From positions 96,001 to 160,000 of the forward strand of contig JBGAGQ010000006.1 in NCBI GenBank assembly GCA_044226625.1: DNA of 64,000 bases, read 5' to 3'. Below, in pieces: positions 44,946-54,597 of the stretch. Origin of the DNA: Thermoanaerobaculia bacterium. GTDB taxonomy: Bacteria; Acidobacteriota; Thermoanaerobaculia; Multivoradales; UBA5704. The position numbers and the translations under genes were made by a program. Every line of letters starts with the position of its first letter. Position 1 is the stretch's first letter. The notes under the pieces are model-generated. The model saw only the letters and a list, made by a program, of their open reading frames with translations. It did not search any database and was not told the origin of the DNA.

Positions 44946-46397
44946 CTACTCCCAGACGATGAAGCCCGGACCGAGCAGGCCGTCCGGGTCGTACTTCTTT
45001 TTCGCGGCCTTGAGCGGCTCCCATTTCTCGCCGTAGTGGAGCGCCCAGCGCTCGGCCGTGTCGAAGGTGATGTAGCCGGAGAGATAGCGCTTCGCGCCGA
45101 ACTGGTGGATCGACAGCTCGCTCGCGAAGTCGAGGTTCTGGAGGTAGGCCCGGTACAGGTTCTCGGGCTCTTTCGGCCAGGCTCCGAGCACGCCCCAGCC
45201 GAGCACGTACTCGCCGCCCGGGTGCATGAAGTACGGCACCTCCGAGCAGTCCGTGCGCGACGGCCAGAGGAGGACGTGGCCACCCAGGCCGAGCGCCGCC
45301 GGGGGGAGGTTCGAGAGGATCATCTCGACGTACTCCTTGGCGCCGTCCCAGGGAAGGATCGTCTCCATCCACGGATGGGTGTGATCCCAGTAGCCGGTCC
45401 GGCGCCAGATCGCGAACATCGGCTCCATCCGCTGGCAGAAATCGAAAAGCGACGAGTCCTCGGTGTGTGCGTGGCGATAAGGCGACAGCTGGGCGAGGAC
45501 CTGGTCGTCGTTCGGCTCCTCGCCGTCGGTGAACTCGATGGTGAGGAACATCGGGAAGATCCAATGCCCGAACCCGACCACGCCCACCCCCGGCTCCATC
45601 CCTTCACCAATCCGGCGGAAGCCGAGCGGCGCCGGCGAGCAGATGCCGCCCATGCTCGCGAACGTGTCGCCGTCCATCACCTTCTTGGCGTCGGTCAGAA
45701 ACGCTCCGAGATCGTCGTAGACCAGGGTGTACTGGCGGACGTTGGGTTTGGCCGGGCGCAGCCGCGTCTTCAGCCGGGTGATGATCCCGATCTGGCCGAG
45801 CGTGCAGCGGACGGCGTCGAACAGCTCGCGGTTCGTCTCCCGCGAGCAGACGACGATCTCCCCTTCGCCCGTCACCACCTCGAGCTCGATCGCGTTGTCG
45901 GCCTGCGAGCCGTTGCGGAAGCTCGCGACGCCGAGCCCCGCCATCGAGGTCGTGCCGGCGACCGTCACACCGAGGTTGTTGGTGAGCGTCGGCGGAATCA
46001 GCCCGCGATTGATTGCTGCCTTGACCAGGTCGCGCCAGACCACGCCCGCGCCGCAGTCGGCGTACAGGCCGTCCCCGTTGATCTCGTGGATCGTGTTCAG
46101 CAGGGCGGTGTCGACGACGATGCCGCCGTCGACCGTGCTCTGGCCGGTTTGGGTGTGGGCCTGGCCGCGCGGAACGATCGGAGTCCCGGTCCGCCGGCAG
46201 AAACGAACGACCTCGGCCACCTCGGCCGCCGAGGTGCAGCGGGCGATCGCCCGCGGGCGACGCTCGACCATGCGGCCGAAGTCGGAAAGGTAGGTGTCGA
46301 GAATGGAATCGGCCGTGAGCAGCCGGTCGCCGAGGAGCGCGCGCAGCTCATCGAGGGAAGCCGCGGTCTCGGTCGGGATAGGGGAATGAACGGTCAT
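44946..46397 (-). CDS. FAD-binding oxidoreductase (VAO family), cytokinin dehydrogenase-like
   Basis: DFG, PRGQAHT..GQS, LEVVTGEG, LGQIGIIT, W...HPW, KKKYDP..LLGPG. Confidence 0.8.
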   Translation of the reverse strand: MTVHSPIPTETAASLDELRALLGDRLLTADSILDTYLSDFGRMVERRPRAIARCTSAAEVAEVVRFCRRTGTPIVPRGQAHTQTGQSTVDGGIVVDTALLNTIHEINGDGLYADCGAGVVWRDLVKAAINRGLIPPTLTNNLGVTVAGTTSMAGLGVASFRNGSQADNAIELEVVTGEGEIVVCSRETNRELFDAVRCTLGQIGIITRLKTRLRPAKPNVRQYTLVYDDLGAFLTDAKKVMDGDTFASMGGICSPAPLGFRRIGEGMEPGVGVVGFGHWIFPMFLTIEFTDGEEPNDDQVLAQLSPYRHAHTEDSSLFDFCQRMEPMFAIWRRTGYWDHTHPWMETILPWDGAKEYVEMILSNLPPAALGLGGHVLLWPSRTDCSEVPYFMHPGGEYVLGWGVLGAWPKEPENLYRAYLQNLDFASELSIHQFGAKRYLSGYITFDTAERWALHYGEKWEPLKAAKKKYDPDGLLGPGFIVWE

Positions 46398-46524
46398 AGG
46401 AGCCTCCGGAAAGTTGGATTCTACCCCACCGAACCCTTGCGGCCCGGTCCTCCCGCCCTCGGTGCGCCGCTTCGAGACCTGGGATGAGCTTCGCGCTCCC
46501 GCCTTCCGGTCCTAACGAGGAGGC

Positions 46525-47583
46525 TCAGGGGGCCTCGACGACGTCGAGCGCGACTTCCGCCGCGATCTCGCCGACCGGCTGGCCGCGGACGGTGCGGATC
46601 TCCGGTCTCGCCAGGTCCGCCAAGGCGTCCCGCTCCTCGCCCGAGAGGACCCCCATCAGAAGCAGCATCTCGATCGCGACTCCGTCGCGACCGCGTTCGC
46701 CGCCGTCGGCGATCTTGAATGCCAGGCCGAGGGGAATCGGCGCGCGCACCGCCATGGCGTAAAACCCTTCGGCGCCTTCCTTGCCGACCACCCGGCCGCC
46801 GGTCGCCGCGATCAATCGGGTGGTGAACCGTCCGGGGCCCGCGACCATCTCGGGGGCGGATCCCATCGCGTCGGCCACCCGATCGAGCGCGGCGGCGATC
46901 TCACCCGAGAGGCCCGCCGCCCGCGGATCGGCGAGCGCCGCGTAGGCGCGGGCCGCGGCGGCGATCGGAAGGTGGAACGCCGGAACGCTGCAGCCGTCCG
47001 TGCCGAGACCGATCTCGCTCTCTTCGAGACGCGCGATCGACGCTACGTGGGCGAGGATCCGCCGCTCGAGCGGATGGTCGGGCTCGGTATAGGCGTCGGT
47101 CGCCAGCCCGAGCAAACGGCAGGCGAGAAGCATCCCCGCGTGCTTGCCAGAGCAGTTGCTGTGCAGCGCCGAGGGCGCTTCGCCTCGGCGCTCCAATTCG
47201 CGCGCCGCCTCCTCGTCGAACGGCCGGTGGGCGCCGCAGAGCAGGTCGGAGACGGAAAACCCACCCTTGGCCAGCAGGCGCGCGGCGCGTTCCGTGTGCT
47301 CGGGCCGCCCTCCGTGGGAGGCGCAGATGAGCGCGAGGTCTTCTTTCGCGAGCTCGAACCGCTCGGCCCCGCCCGCGAGCAGCAAGGGGAGGATCTGAAA
47401 CGGCTTCGCCGCCGAGCGGACGTAGGTGGGAAGCTCCGGATCGCCGGTCGAGGCGACGAGGCGCCCCGAAGGGGTAGCCACCGCTGCCGCGCCGAGGATC
47501 CAAGACTCGGCGCGCCCATCCCTCGTCACCGCGGCGAAGGGCGCAAACGGGGAGGTTGCTGGCCGCCCGGAGGGGAGCGTCAT
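46525..47583 (-). CDS. L-asparaginase II (Rhizobium etli AnsA type)
   Basis: RSAAKPFQ, CASHGG, NCSGKHAG, DGCSVP, KEGAEG. Confidence 0.9.
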   Translation of the reverse strand: MTLPSGRPATSPFAPFAAVTRDGRAESWILGAAAVATPSGRLVASTGDPELPTYVRSAAKPFQILPLLLAGGAERFELAKEDLALICASHGGRPEHTERAARLLAKGGFSVSDLLCGAHRPFDEEAARELERRGEAPSALHSNCSGKHAGMLLACRLLGLATDAYTEPDHPLERRILAHVASIARLEESEIGLGTDGCSVPAFHLPIAAAARAYAALADPRAAGLSGEIAAALDRVADAMGSAPEMVAGPGRFTTRLIAATGGRVVGKEGAEGFYAMAVRAPIPLGLAFKIADGGERGRDGVAIEMLLLMGVLSGEERDALADLARPEIRTVRGQPVGEIAAEVALDVVEAP

Positions 47584-47918
47584 GCCTCCGAGGCGATCGC
47601 CGCGTCGACCGAATCGTAGGTCGGGAACAGCTCGGCCAATCGCGCCACGGCGAGCAATTTACGAATCCGCTCGGACGGGTTGACCAAGATCAGCTCGCGC
47701 TGGAAATCGCGGAATCGGCCGAGGTAGCCCACCAACTCGCCGATGCCGGTCGAGTCGATGTAGTTGATCTTCGAGAAGTCGATGATCACGTGCCCTTGAT
47801 CGTGATCGAGCGCGCGCTCGAGCGTCTGGGCGAAGAACTGAGCGCTCTCGCCGAGCTTGATGACACCCTCGACGTTGAGCACGGTGAACCCGGGCAGGTG
47901 ACGTTTTTCGACGATCAT
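47580..47918 (-). CDS. STAS-domain anti-sigma factor antagonist
   Basis: IDFSKINYIDSTGIGELV. Confidence 0.9.
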   Translation of the reverse strand: MIVEKRHLPGFTVLNVEGVIKLGESAQFFAQTLERALDHDQGHVIIDFSKINYIDSTGIGELVGYLGRFRDFQRELILVNPSERIRKLLAVARLAELFPTYDSVDAAIASEA

Positions 47919-48000
47919 GAGCGGGCCACGAGTCTAGCACGCGGCTCCCGGCCCGCTCCGTTCCTCGGCGGTTCGCCAGCCGGTCGGCTAGGAGTCGTCG

Positions 48001-48684
48001 CTATCGGTTCGCCGCGACCTTCTCGCCGCGGTCCAGGCGGACGTGCGCCTCCCCTACGCCGCAGTCGATCGAGATCCGGGATGCGCCTTTCCCCTCGTTC
48101 CAGACGATCTCGCGGGTGAACAGCCCTTCGCTCGACCAGTGGCGCCCGGCGGCGATCAGATGACCCTCGCCAACGCCTGTGTCGACCGACACCGAACGGA
48201 AGGCCGACTCCGGCGCGCTCACGTGAACCTCACCGACCCCGAGGTCGGCGACCACGTTGCCTTCGAAGCCGTCGATGTGGAGCTCGCCCACGCTCAGGTC
48301 CGCGTTCACGCCGAGCGACCGAGGCGCGGTGATCACGGCCTTGATGTGGAGGTTTCCCCAGCCCGACGTCCGCCTCGCCTTGACCGAGATCCGTTCCTCG
48401 GAGCGGGCGGCGGAGAAGGTGACGTGTTGGGCCCTCTGGGTACACGACTTGAGCCCGCGGCGCGAGCACAGGACCTTGAGGTCGACCTGCACCTCCGGCA
48501 CGTCGGCGGCGACGACCTCCACCTCCCCCACCGCCACGTCGAGCGAAACGCTCCGCAGGCCGGCGGCCGGAAAGTTCTTGGTGAAAGTGCGCACCACCTG
48601 ATCGTCGTTCGCGCGCGCCGGCTCGGCCCATGCGAGGGCCAGCAACGGGAGGAATAGAAGAGGAAGGGAGTTGGAGCGGCGCAT
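48001..48684 (-). CDS. Secreted DUF4097-like beta-repeat protein
   Basis: Signal peptide; repeated xxxGVGEV units. Confidence 0.65.
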   Translation of the reverse strand: MRRSNSLPLLFLPLLALAWAEPARANDDQVVRTFTKNFPAAGLRSVSLDVAVGEVEVVAADVPEVQVDLKVLCSRRGLKSCTQRAQHVTFSAARSEERISVKARRTSGWGNLHIKAVITAPRSLGVNADLSVGELHIDGFEGNVVADLGVGEVHVSAPESAFRSVSVDTGVGEGHLIAAGRHWSSEGLFTREIVWNEGKGASRISIDCGVGEAHVRLDRGEKVAANR

Positions 48685-48881
48685 CGTCAGGCCTCCTTGG
48701 GTTCGAGGCTTCCTACGTAGCCGAGGGGAAAGAAGTTCCAAGAACCGCGGGAGAATGTCCGAAAGACGGCTCGGTCTCTCGGAACGACACCTCGCGCCGA
48801 CGCTCCTCGACCGTTTCGAAATCGGGCTCGATCCTCCCCCGGCCCAGAAGAAGCCCGGGGAGCCATCGAAAGGAGGAAACC

Positions 48882-50360
48882 ATGACCTTCGCGGCCCCCC
48901 GCTTCGCCTTACGCAAACCGTCGCTCCTCGGGTCGGCGGCCCTCTCGTCCCTCCTGCTCTGGAGTTTGGGATGCGCCACCAATCCGGCGACCGGCAAGAG
49001 CCAGCTCGCCCTGATCGGCGAGGCGCGGGAGATCGAGCTCGGTCGCGATTCCGACCGGGAGATCGTCGCGTCCCTCGGTCTGGTCGACGACGCCGAGCTT
49101 CAGTCCTACGTGAGCCGCCTCGGGCATGCGGTGGCGGATTCGTCGGAGCGGCCTGGACTTCCCTGGACTTTTCGGGTGGTCGACGATCCGGTCGTCAACG
49201 CCTTCGCCCTGCCTGGCGGGTACGTCTACGTGACCCGTGGCCTGCTCGGCCACCTGACCTCGGAGGCCGAGCTGGTCTCCGTCCTCGGCCACGAGATCGG
49301 CCACGTCACCGCTCGCCACAGCGTCGAACAGATCAGCCGCCAACAGCTCGCCCAGATCGGCCTGCTTGGCGTCGCGATCGCGCGGCCCGACTTCGGCCGC
49401 TATGCCGATCTCGCCCAGACCGGCCTCGGGTTGATGTTCCTCAAATACGGCCGCGACGACGAACGGCAGGCCGACGAGCTCGGTCTGCGTTACCTGGTAC
49501 AGGCGGGGTACAACCCGCGCGAGATGCCGCCGGTCTTCGCCACGCTCAAGCGCGCGAGCGAGGCACAAGGAGGGGGGCGCGTGCCCGGATGGCTCTCCAC
49601 CCATCCGACGGAAGAGAGCCGGATCCAGTCGATCTCCCGAGGCATCTCGGGGTACGGCCGCGACTGGACCGGGTCCAAGGTGAACCGAGACGGTTATCTC
49701 GCCCGGCTCGACGGGCTCGCCTTCGGCGACGATCCCCGCGAAGGCTATTTCCTGCGCGCTAATCGTTTCATCCATCCCGGCCTCGGCTTCGAGATCCGTT
49801 TCCCGGAAGGATGGAAGGCCGAGAACCAGAAGCAGCGCGTAGCGGCGGTGAGCCCCGCCGAAGACGCGATCGTCGAGCTCACGCTCGCCAAGGAGGCGTC
49901 CCCGGAAGCGGCGGCCCGAGCGTTCTACGCCCTCGACGGGATCACCCGAGGCGAGTCGGTAGGGCGCGGTGGCAGAGCGTCGCTCGTCGCGAACCGGTTC
50001 GAGGCGCAGGGGCAACAAGCCACGCTCTACGGCATCGCGGGCTTCGTCTCCCAGGGGAGGAACGTCTTCCAGGTCCTCGGCTATACCCGCGAGGGGCGAT
50101 GGCAGGAGCTTTCCGACTCGCTCGCCGACGCGGTCTTGAGCTTCGGCCCGGTCTCCGAGCCGCGGCTCCTCCGAGTCGAACCGAAGCGGATCGAGATCGT
50201 CGAACTCCCCGAGACGATGACGATCGAGGAGTTCGCTCGCCGCTATCCGTCGACCGTCGAGACCGCGACGCTCGCGATCATCAACCAGGTGGAAGCTGGA
50301 GCGACGCTCGCGGCGGGAACCCATGCGAAACGCGTGCGCGGAGGAGAACTTCCCCGATAG
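48882..50360 (+). CDS. M48 family metalloprotease lipoprotein
   Basis: GGAGG RBS; LGCATNPATG; VNAFALPGG; HEIGH; ERQADELG; LSTHP. Confidence 0.92.
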   Translation: MTFAAPRFALRKPSLLGSAALSSLLLWSLGCATNPATGKSQLALIGEAREIELGRDSDREIVASLGLVDDAELQSYVSRLGHAVADSSERPGLPWTFRVVDDPVVNAFALPGGYVYVTRGLLGHLTSEAELVSVLGHEIGHVTARHSVEQISRQQLAQIGLLGVAIARPDFGRYADLAQTGLGLMFLKYGRDDERQADELGLRYLVQAGYNPREMPPVFATLKRASEAQGGGRVPGWLSTHPTEESRIQSISRGISGYGRDWTGSKVNRDGYLARLDGLAFGDDPREGYFLRANRFIHPGLGFEIRFPEGWKAENQKQRVAAVSPAEDAIVELTLAKEASPEAAARAFYALDGITRGESVGRGGRASLVANRFEAQGQQATLYGIAGFVSQGRNVFQVLGYTREGRWQELSDSLADAVLSFGPVSEPRLLRVEPKRIEIVELPETMTIEEFARRYPSTVETATLAIINQVEAGATLAAGTHAKRVRGGELPR

Positions 50361-50510
50361 CCGCGACCGAGAAATCGACGCAAGGTTCGCGAGGCCCACC
50401 GTCGCCTGACGCTCCGCGGAATCTTTTCTCCGGGAGGGCCGTATTCGAAGGATGACACCGGGCCGCGCGCCCGGCCCCCTGGTTCGAATCCCCTCGGAAG
50501 GAGCTCTCCC

Positions 50511-52352
50511 GTGCACGACGTGTCTTTACCGCTTCGCCGCCCGAAACGCGCGGCGATTCTCGCGCTGTTCGCCCTCGTCGCCATCGCCTCTCAGGCGAGG
50601 GCCGCCGACTCGCCAAAGACCGCAGCCCCCACGAAGCCCGCCTGGGTCGAGAAGAGTGACCAAAACTCCCAGGTCTTGATCGATCTCTTCGCCCGCCTCG
50701 GCCCGGAAGGGGCAAGCCAGTTCGGCGTCGACGGATACGACGAGAAGATCTCCGACTTCACCTCCGGCTTCGTCGAGCGCCAGAACGAGGAGACCCGCAA
50801 GGCGGTCGCCGAGCTGCAGCGCCGCCTCGCCGAGGAGAAGGATCCCGCGGTGCGCCAGGACCTCGAGATCCTGATCGGCTCGGCCAACGACAGCATCGAA
50901 GCGAACGAAGTGAACGAGCGTCTCGTCGTCCCCTACTTCGACGTCCATCAGTTGGTTTTCCAGGGTGTCCGCTCCCTGCTCGACGACCAGGTGGCGCCGG
51001 AACGCCGGAACGCCGCGATCGTTCGCCTGCACAAATACGCCGGGCTCGATCCGGCGACGAACGGCGGCAAGCCGGTGACGGTGCTCGCGGCCGAATACAT
51101 GCGCTCCCGCTTCGCGCAGCCGGGCCTGCTCGCGCCGACCAAGGCCGAGGTGGACAAGGCGCTCCAGACCACCGCGACCTTCTCCGACGGCCTCGGCGAG
51201 CTGTTCCAGAAGTACCAGCTCAAGGGGTATGAAAAGGATTACGCGGCGGTCAAGAAGCAGCTGGCCGAGTACGAGGCGTTCGTCCGTTCCGAGGTGCTGC
51301 CGCGCACGCGGACCGATTTCAAGCTTCCGCCCGAGCTGTACGCCCTGTCGCTCAAGCAGGTGGGCGTCGACATGAACGTCGACGAGCTGGTCTCCCGCGC
51401 CGAAGTGGCGTTCCGCGAGATCCAGAACGAGATGCAGACGCTCGCGCCGTTGGTGGCGAAAGAAAAGGGCTTTTCGGCGACCGACTACCGCGACGTGCTG
51501 CGCGAGCTGAAGAAGAACCAGATCGTGGGCGAGGCGATCCTTCCCCACTACGAGGGGCGGATCAAAGACCTGGAGAAGATCATCCGCGACCACCGGATCG
51601 TGACCCTCCCCGACCGGCCGATGCGCATCCGGCTCGCCAGCGGCGCGGAGAGCGCGGCGATCCCGGCGCCGAACATGCGGCCGCCGCGGTTGATCGGCAA
51701 CACCGGAGAGATCGGCGAGTTCGTGCTGCCGATGCGCATCCCGGGACCGGACGGAAAATTGATCGGCTTCGACGACTTCACGTTCGACGCCGCCTCCTGG
51801 ACCCTCACCGCCCACGAGGGGCGTCCGGGTCATGAGCTGCAATTCGCCTCCCTCGTCGAGAAGGGAGTCTCGCTCGCCCGCGCGCTCTTCGCTTTCAACA
51901 GCGTCAACGCCGAAGGTTGGGGCCTGTACGCCGAAGCCGAAGCGAAACCCTACGAGCCGCTCGACGGCCAGCTCGTGGCGCTCCAAGCCCGCCTGATGCG
52001 CGCCGCTCGAGCCCAACTCGATCCGGGCCTGCAGCGCGGCACGATCACGAAGGACGAGGCGACCCGCGTGCTGACCCTCGACGTCGGCCTCTCCGACGCG
52101 ATGGCGTTGCAGGAGGTCGAGCGCTATACCTTCCGCTCACCCGGCCAGGCGACGGCCTACTTTTGCGGCTATCAGCGCTTGATGGAGATGCGCACCGAGG
52201 TCGAGCGGACGCTCGGCTCGGCGTTCGACCGCCAGCGCTTCAACGACTTCATCCTCGCTCAGGGTTTGCTGCCGCCTTCGCTGCTCAAAAAGGCGCTGAT
52301 CGAGGAATTCATCCCGCACGAGAAGGCGACGGCCACGGCCGCCTCGCGCTGA
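50511..52352 (+). CDS. DUF885 family protein
   Basis: Signal peptide; HEGRPGHELQ, EGWGLYAE, EVERY...PGQATAY. Confidence 0.9.
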   Translation: MHDVSLPLRRPKRAAILALFALVAIASQARAADSPKTAAPTKPAWVEKSDQNSQVLIDLFARLGPEGASQFGVDGYDEKISDFTSGFVERQNEETRKAVAELQRRLAEEKDPAVRQDLEILIGSANDSIEANEVNERLVVPYFDVHQLVFQGVRSLLDDQVAPERRNAAIVRLHKYAGLDPATNGGKPVTVLAAEYMRSRFAQPGLLAPTKAEVDKALQTTATFSDGLGELFQKYQLKGYEKDYAAVKKQLAEYEAFVRSEVLPRTRTDFKLPPELYALSLKQVGVDMNVDELVSRAEVAFREIQNEMQTLAPLVAKEKGFSATDYRDVLRELKKNQIVGEAILPHYEGRIKDLEKIIRDHRIVTLPDRPMRIRLASGAESAAIPAPNMRPPRLIGNTGEIGEFVLPMRIPGPDGKLIGFDDFTFDAASWTLTAHEGRPGHELQFASLVEKGVSLARALFAFNSVNAEGWGLYAEAEAKPYEPLDGQLVALQARLMRAARAQLDPGLQRGTITKDEATRVLTLDVGLSDAMALQEVERYTFRSPGQATAYFCGYQRLMEMRTEVERTLGSAFDRQRFNDFILAQGLLPPSLLKKALIEEFIPHEKATATAASR

Positions 52353-52449
52353 GTCTCCGTGAGCCCGCGGGAAGAAGGACCCCGCGGGCTCGCCGACGCC
52401 TCGCCTGAGCCGCCGTTGCTGGCTGATTTCTCGAGCCGATCTCGCCGGG

Positions 52450-54216
52450 CTAAAGCGGCCAGAGAATCGGCACCAGCCAGAGCAGCAGCGCGACCATCAG
52501 CGCCGTGAGCGGCAAGCCGGCGAGCAGGAAGTCGCGGAAGCGATATTTGCCCGGACCGTAGACCAGTAGGCAGGACGGCTCGAACGGCGTGAGGAACGAG
52601 AGCGACGCCGCGAGCGTGACGAGGACCGCGAACGTCCGCGGGTTGGCGTGGATCTGGGACGCCGTCTGCATCGCGACCGGCAGCACCACGAGAGCCGCGG
52701 CGGCATTCGACATCGGCTGGGTGAGCAGGACGGTGAGGATCGTGAACGCGGCGAGCAGGAAACCGATCCCGAGAGGTGCGGTCCATTGGACGATCATCCC
52801 GGCGAGATAGGACGCCGCGCCGGTTTTGGACATCGCGGTGCCGAACGCCGTCATCCCGGCGATCAATATGAGCAGACGCCAGTCGATGAAACCGTATGCC
52901 TCCTCGGCGGTGACGATCCGAAGCAGCAGGACCCCCACGGCGGCGAGCAGGAACGCGATCGGCAAGGGGATGAGGCCGAATCCCGACGCAGCGACCGCGG
53001 CGATGAACAGGCCGATCACCGCGAGTCCGGAGCGCGTCCGCGCCGGCCGGTGCTCGGTCTCCTGGAGCATCCACAGATCCGGGTTGTCGGCAATCTCGGC
53101 GAATCGCTGCGACCGTCCCTGGAGGAGGAGCACGTCGCCGATCCGGAGCGGCAAAGTCCCCAACTTCTCGGGCAGGGCATGCCCTTGGCGGAAGAGCGCG
53201 ATCACCGTCACCCCGAACCGCCGCCGGAAATCCAGTTCCTTGATCGACCGGCCGACCAGGCTCGACTGCGGCATCAGCACCGCCTCGACCACCTTCATCG
53301 TCTCGCTGGTGAGGTCGACGTCGTCCGGCTTCAAATCCGGCTTGATCTCGATTCCCGGCGTGTCCTTGACCTTGAGCAACCCTTCGCGGCTCGCCTTGAC
53401 GATCAGCAGATCCTCGGCCTGGAGCGGCGTGTCGGGATCGGGCGAGAACTTGTTGCGTCCGCGAATGATCGCGAGCACCGTCGTCTCGAGCTCGTTGAAC
53501 GGCACCTCGCGCAGCGCGCGGCCGACCAGCGGCGACCGCTCGGTGACCACCAGCTCGGACAGGAACTGGCGCACCGAATACTCCTCGGTGAGGCTCGTCT
53601 CGGCGTGGGCGGGAAGGAAGCGGCGTCCGATGAAAGCCATCCACAAGGTGCCGACCAGACAGGCCGCGAGCCCGACCGGCAGAAACTCGAACAGCCGGAA
53701 CGGCTCCATGTGCGCGCTCTTCAAGAAAGCGCTCGCCGCCACGTTGGTCGACGTGCCGATCAGCGTGCAGGTGCCGCCGAGCATCGAGGCGAAGGCGATC
53801 GGGATCAGCACCTTGCTCGGCGCGACGTGGCTTCGTCGGCAGACTCCGAGCGCCGCGGGCAGCACCACGGCCGTGGTCGTCGTGTTGTTCATGAAGGCGG
53901 AGATGAAGGCGGTGACCAACATGACCGAGACGACGATCGCGGTCGGGCTCCCGCCGGCGTGGCGATGAACCCAGCCGCCGGCGCGATCGACGACTCCGGT
54001 GCGCATCAGACCGTCGGACAGCACGAAGATCGCGGCGAGGATGATCACGATCTCGTTGGAAAATCCCGCGAAAGCCTCCTTGACGTCGAGCACGCCGGAA
54101 AGGACCAGGATCGAAAGGAGGATCAAGGTTGCGACGTCGACCGACAGCCATTCGAAGGCGAACACCACGACCGCTGCGCCGAGCAGAGCGAGAACCAGGA
54201 AGATCTGAAACGTCAT
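52450..54216 (-). CDS. SLC13/CitMHS-type permease with two TrkA-C domains
   Basis: SAFMNNT, LGGTCTLIGTSTN, two RCK_C repeats, MSNAA, FLTP..P..LLVYGPG.Y.F.DF. Confidence 0.9.
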   Translation of the reverse strand: MTFQIFLVLALLGAAVVVFAFEWLSVDVATLILLSILVLSGVLDVKEAFAGFSNEIVIILAAIFVLSDGLMRTGVVDRAGGWVHRHAGGSPTAIVVSVMLVTAFISAFMNNTTTTAVVLPAALGVCRRSHVAPSKVLIPIAFASMLGGTCTLIGTSTNVAASAFLKSAHMEPFRLFEFLPVGLAACLVGTLWMAFIGRRFLPAHAETSLTEEYSVRQFLSELVVTERSPLVGRALREVPFNELETTVLAIIRGRNKFSPDPDTPLQAEDLLIVKASREGLLKVKDTPGIEIKPDLKPDDVDLTSETMKVVEAVLMPQSSLVGRSIKELDFRRRFGVTVIALFRQGHALPEKLGTLPLRIGDVLLLQGRSQRFAEIADNPDLWMLQETEHRPARTRSGLAVIGLFIAAVAASGFGLIPLPIAFLLAAVGVLLLRIVTAEEAYGFIDWRLLILIAGMTAFGTAMSKTGAASYLAGMIVQWTAPLGIGFLLAAFTILTVLLTQPMSNAAAALVVLPVAMQTASQIHANPRTFAVLVTLAASLSFLTPFEPSCLLVYGPGKYRFRDFLLAGLPLTALMVALLLWLVPILWPL

Positions 54217-54597
54217 GGCCGGGAGCTTACCAGCGGGACGAGAGCCCGAACGGTCGGCCGGATCGGACCGTCATTCCGACTGGCGCCGGAAGGGTGGAAT
54301 CGGCGGGGAGCTTGGCAGAGGGGGGCGTTTTGTGAGAACGTATGGCCGACAGGTGCCCGGCCTTCCCGATCCGTTCCGGGGCCGGAGAACCAAACCCAGG
54401 GCCGTAGATGCCTGGAACGGCACGTCTCTTCTGCTGAGGCCGCCGCGAATGCTGGGCAGGGTTAAAAACCAAACGGTTCGAAACCTGAGTTTGCGTCAGA
54501 CGTTTCAAGATCCATCGTAGCGGAATCAACGGTGCGCACCTCGGCGCCCTCCCGTGGGTTGCTGCGTGCGCGGCAAACGAAAAGGCGGAATTTCCGT

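Noticed and set aside
50450-50500. tRNA-like GGTTCGAATCCC (possible selC)
   Set aside because: The T-stem does not pair and no acceptor, D or anticodon arms can be built.
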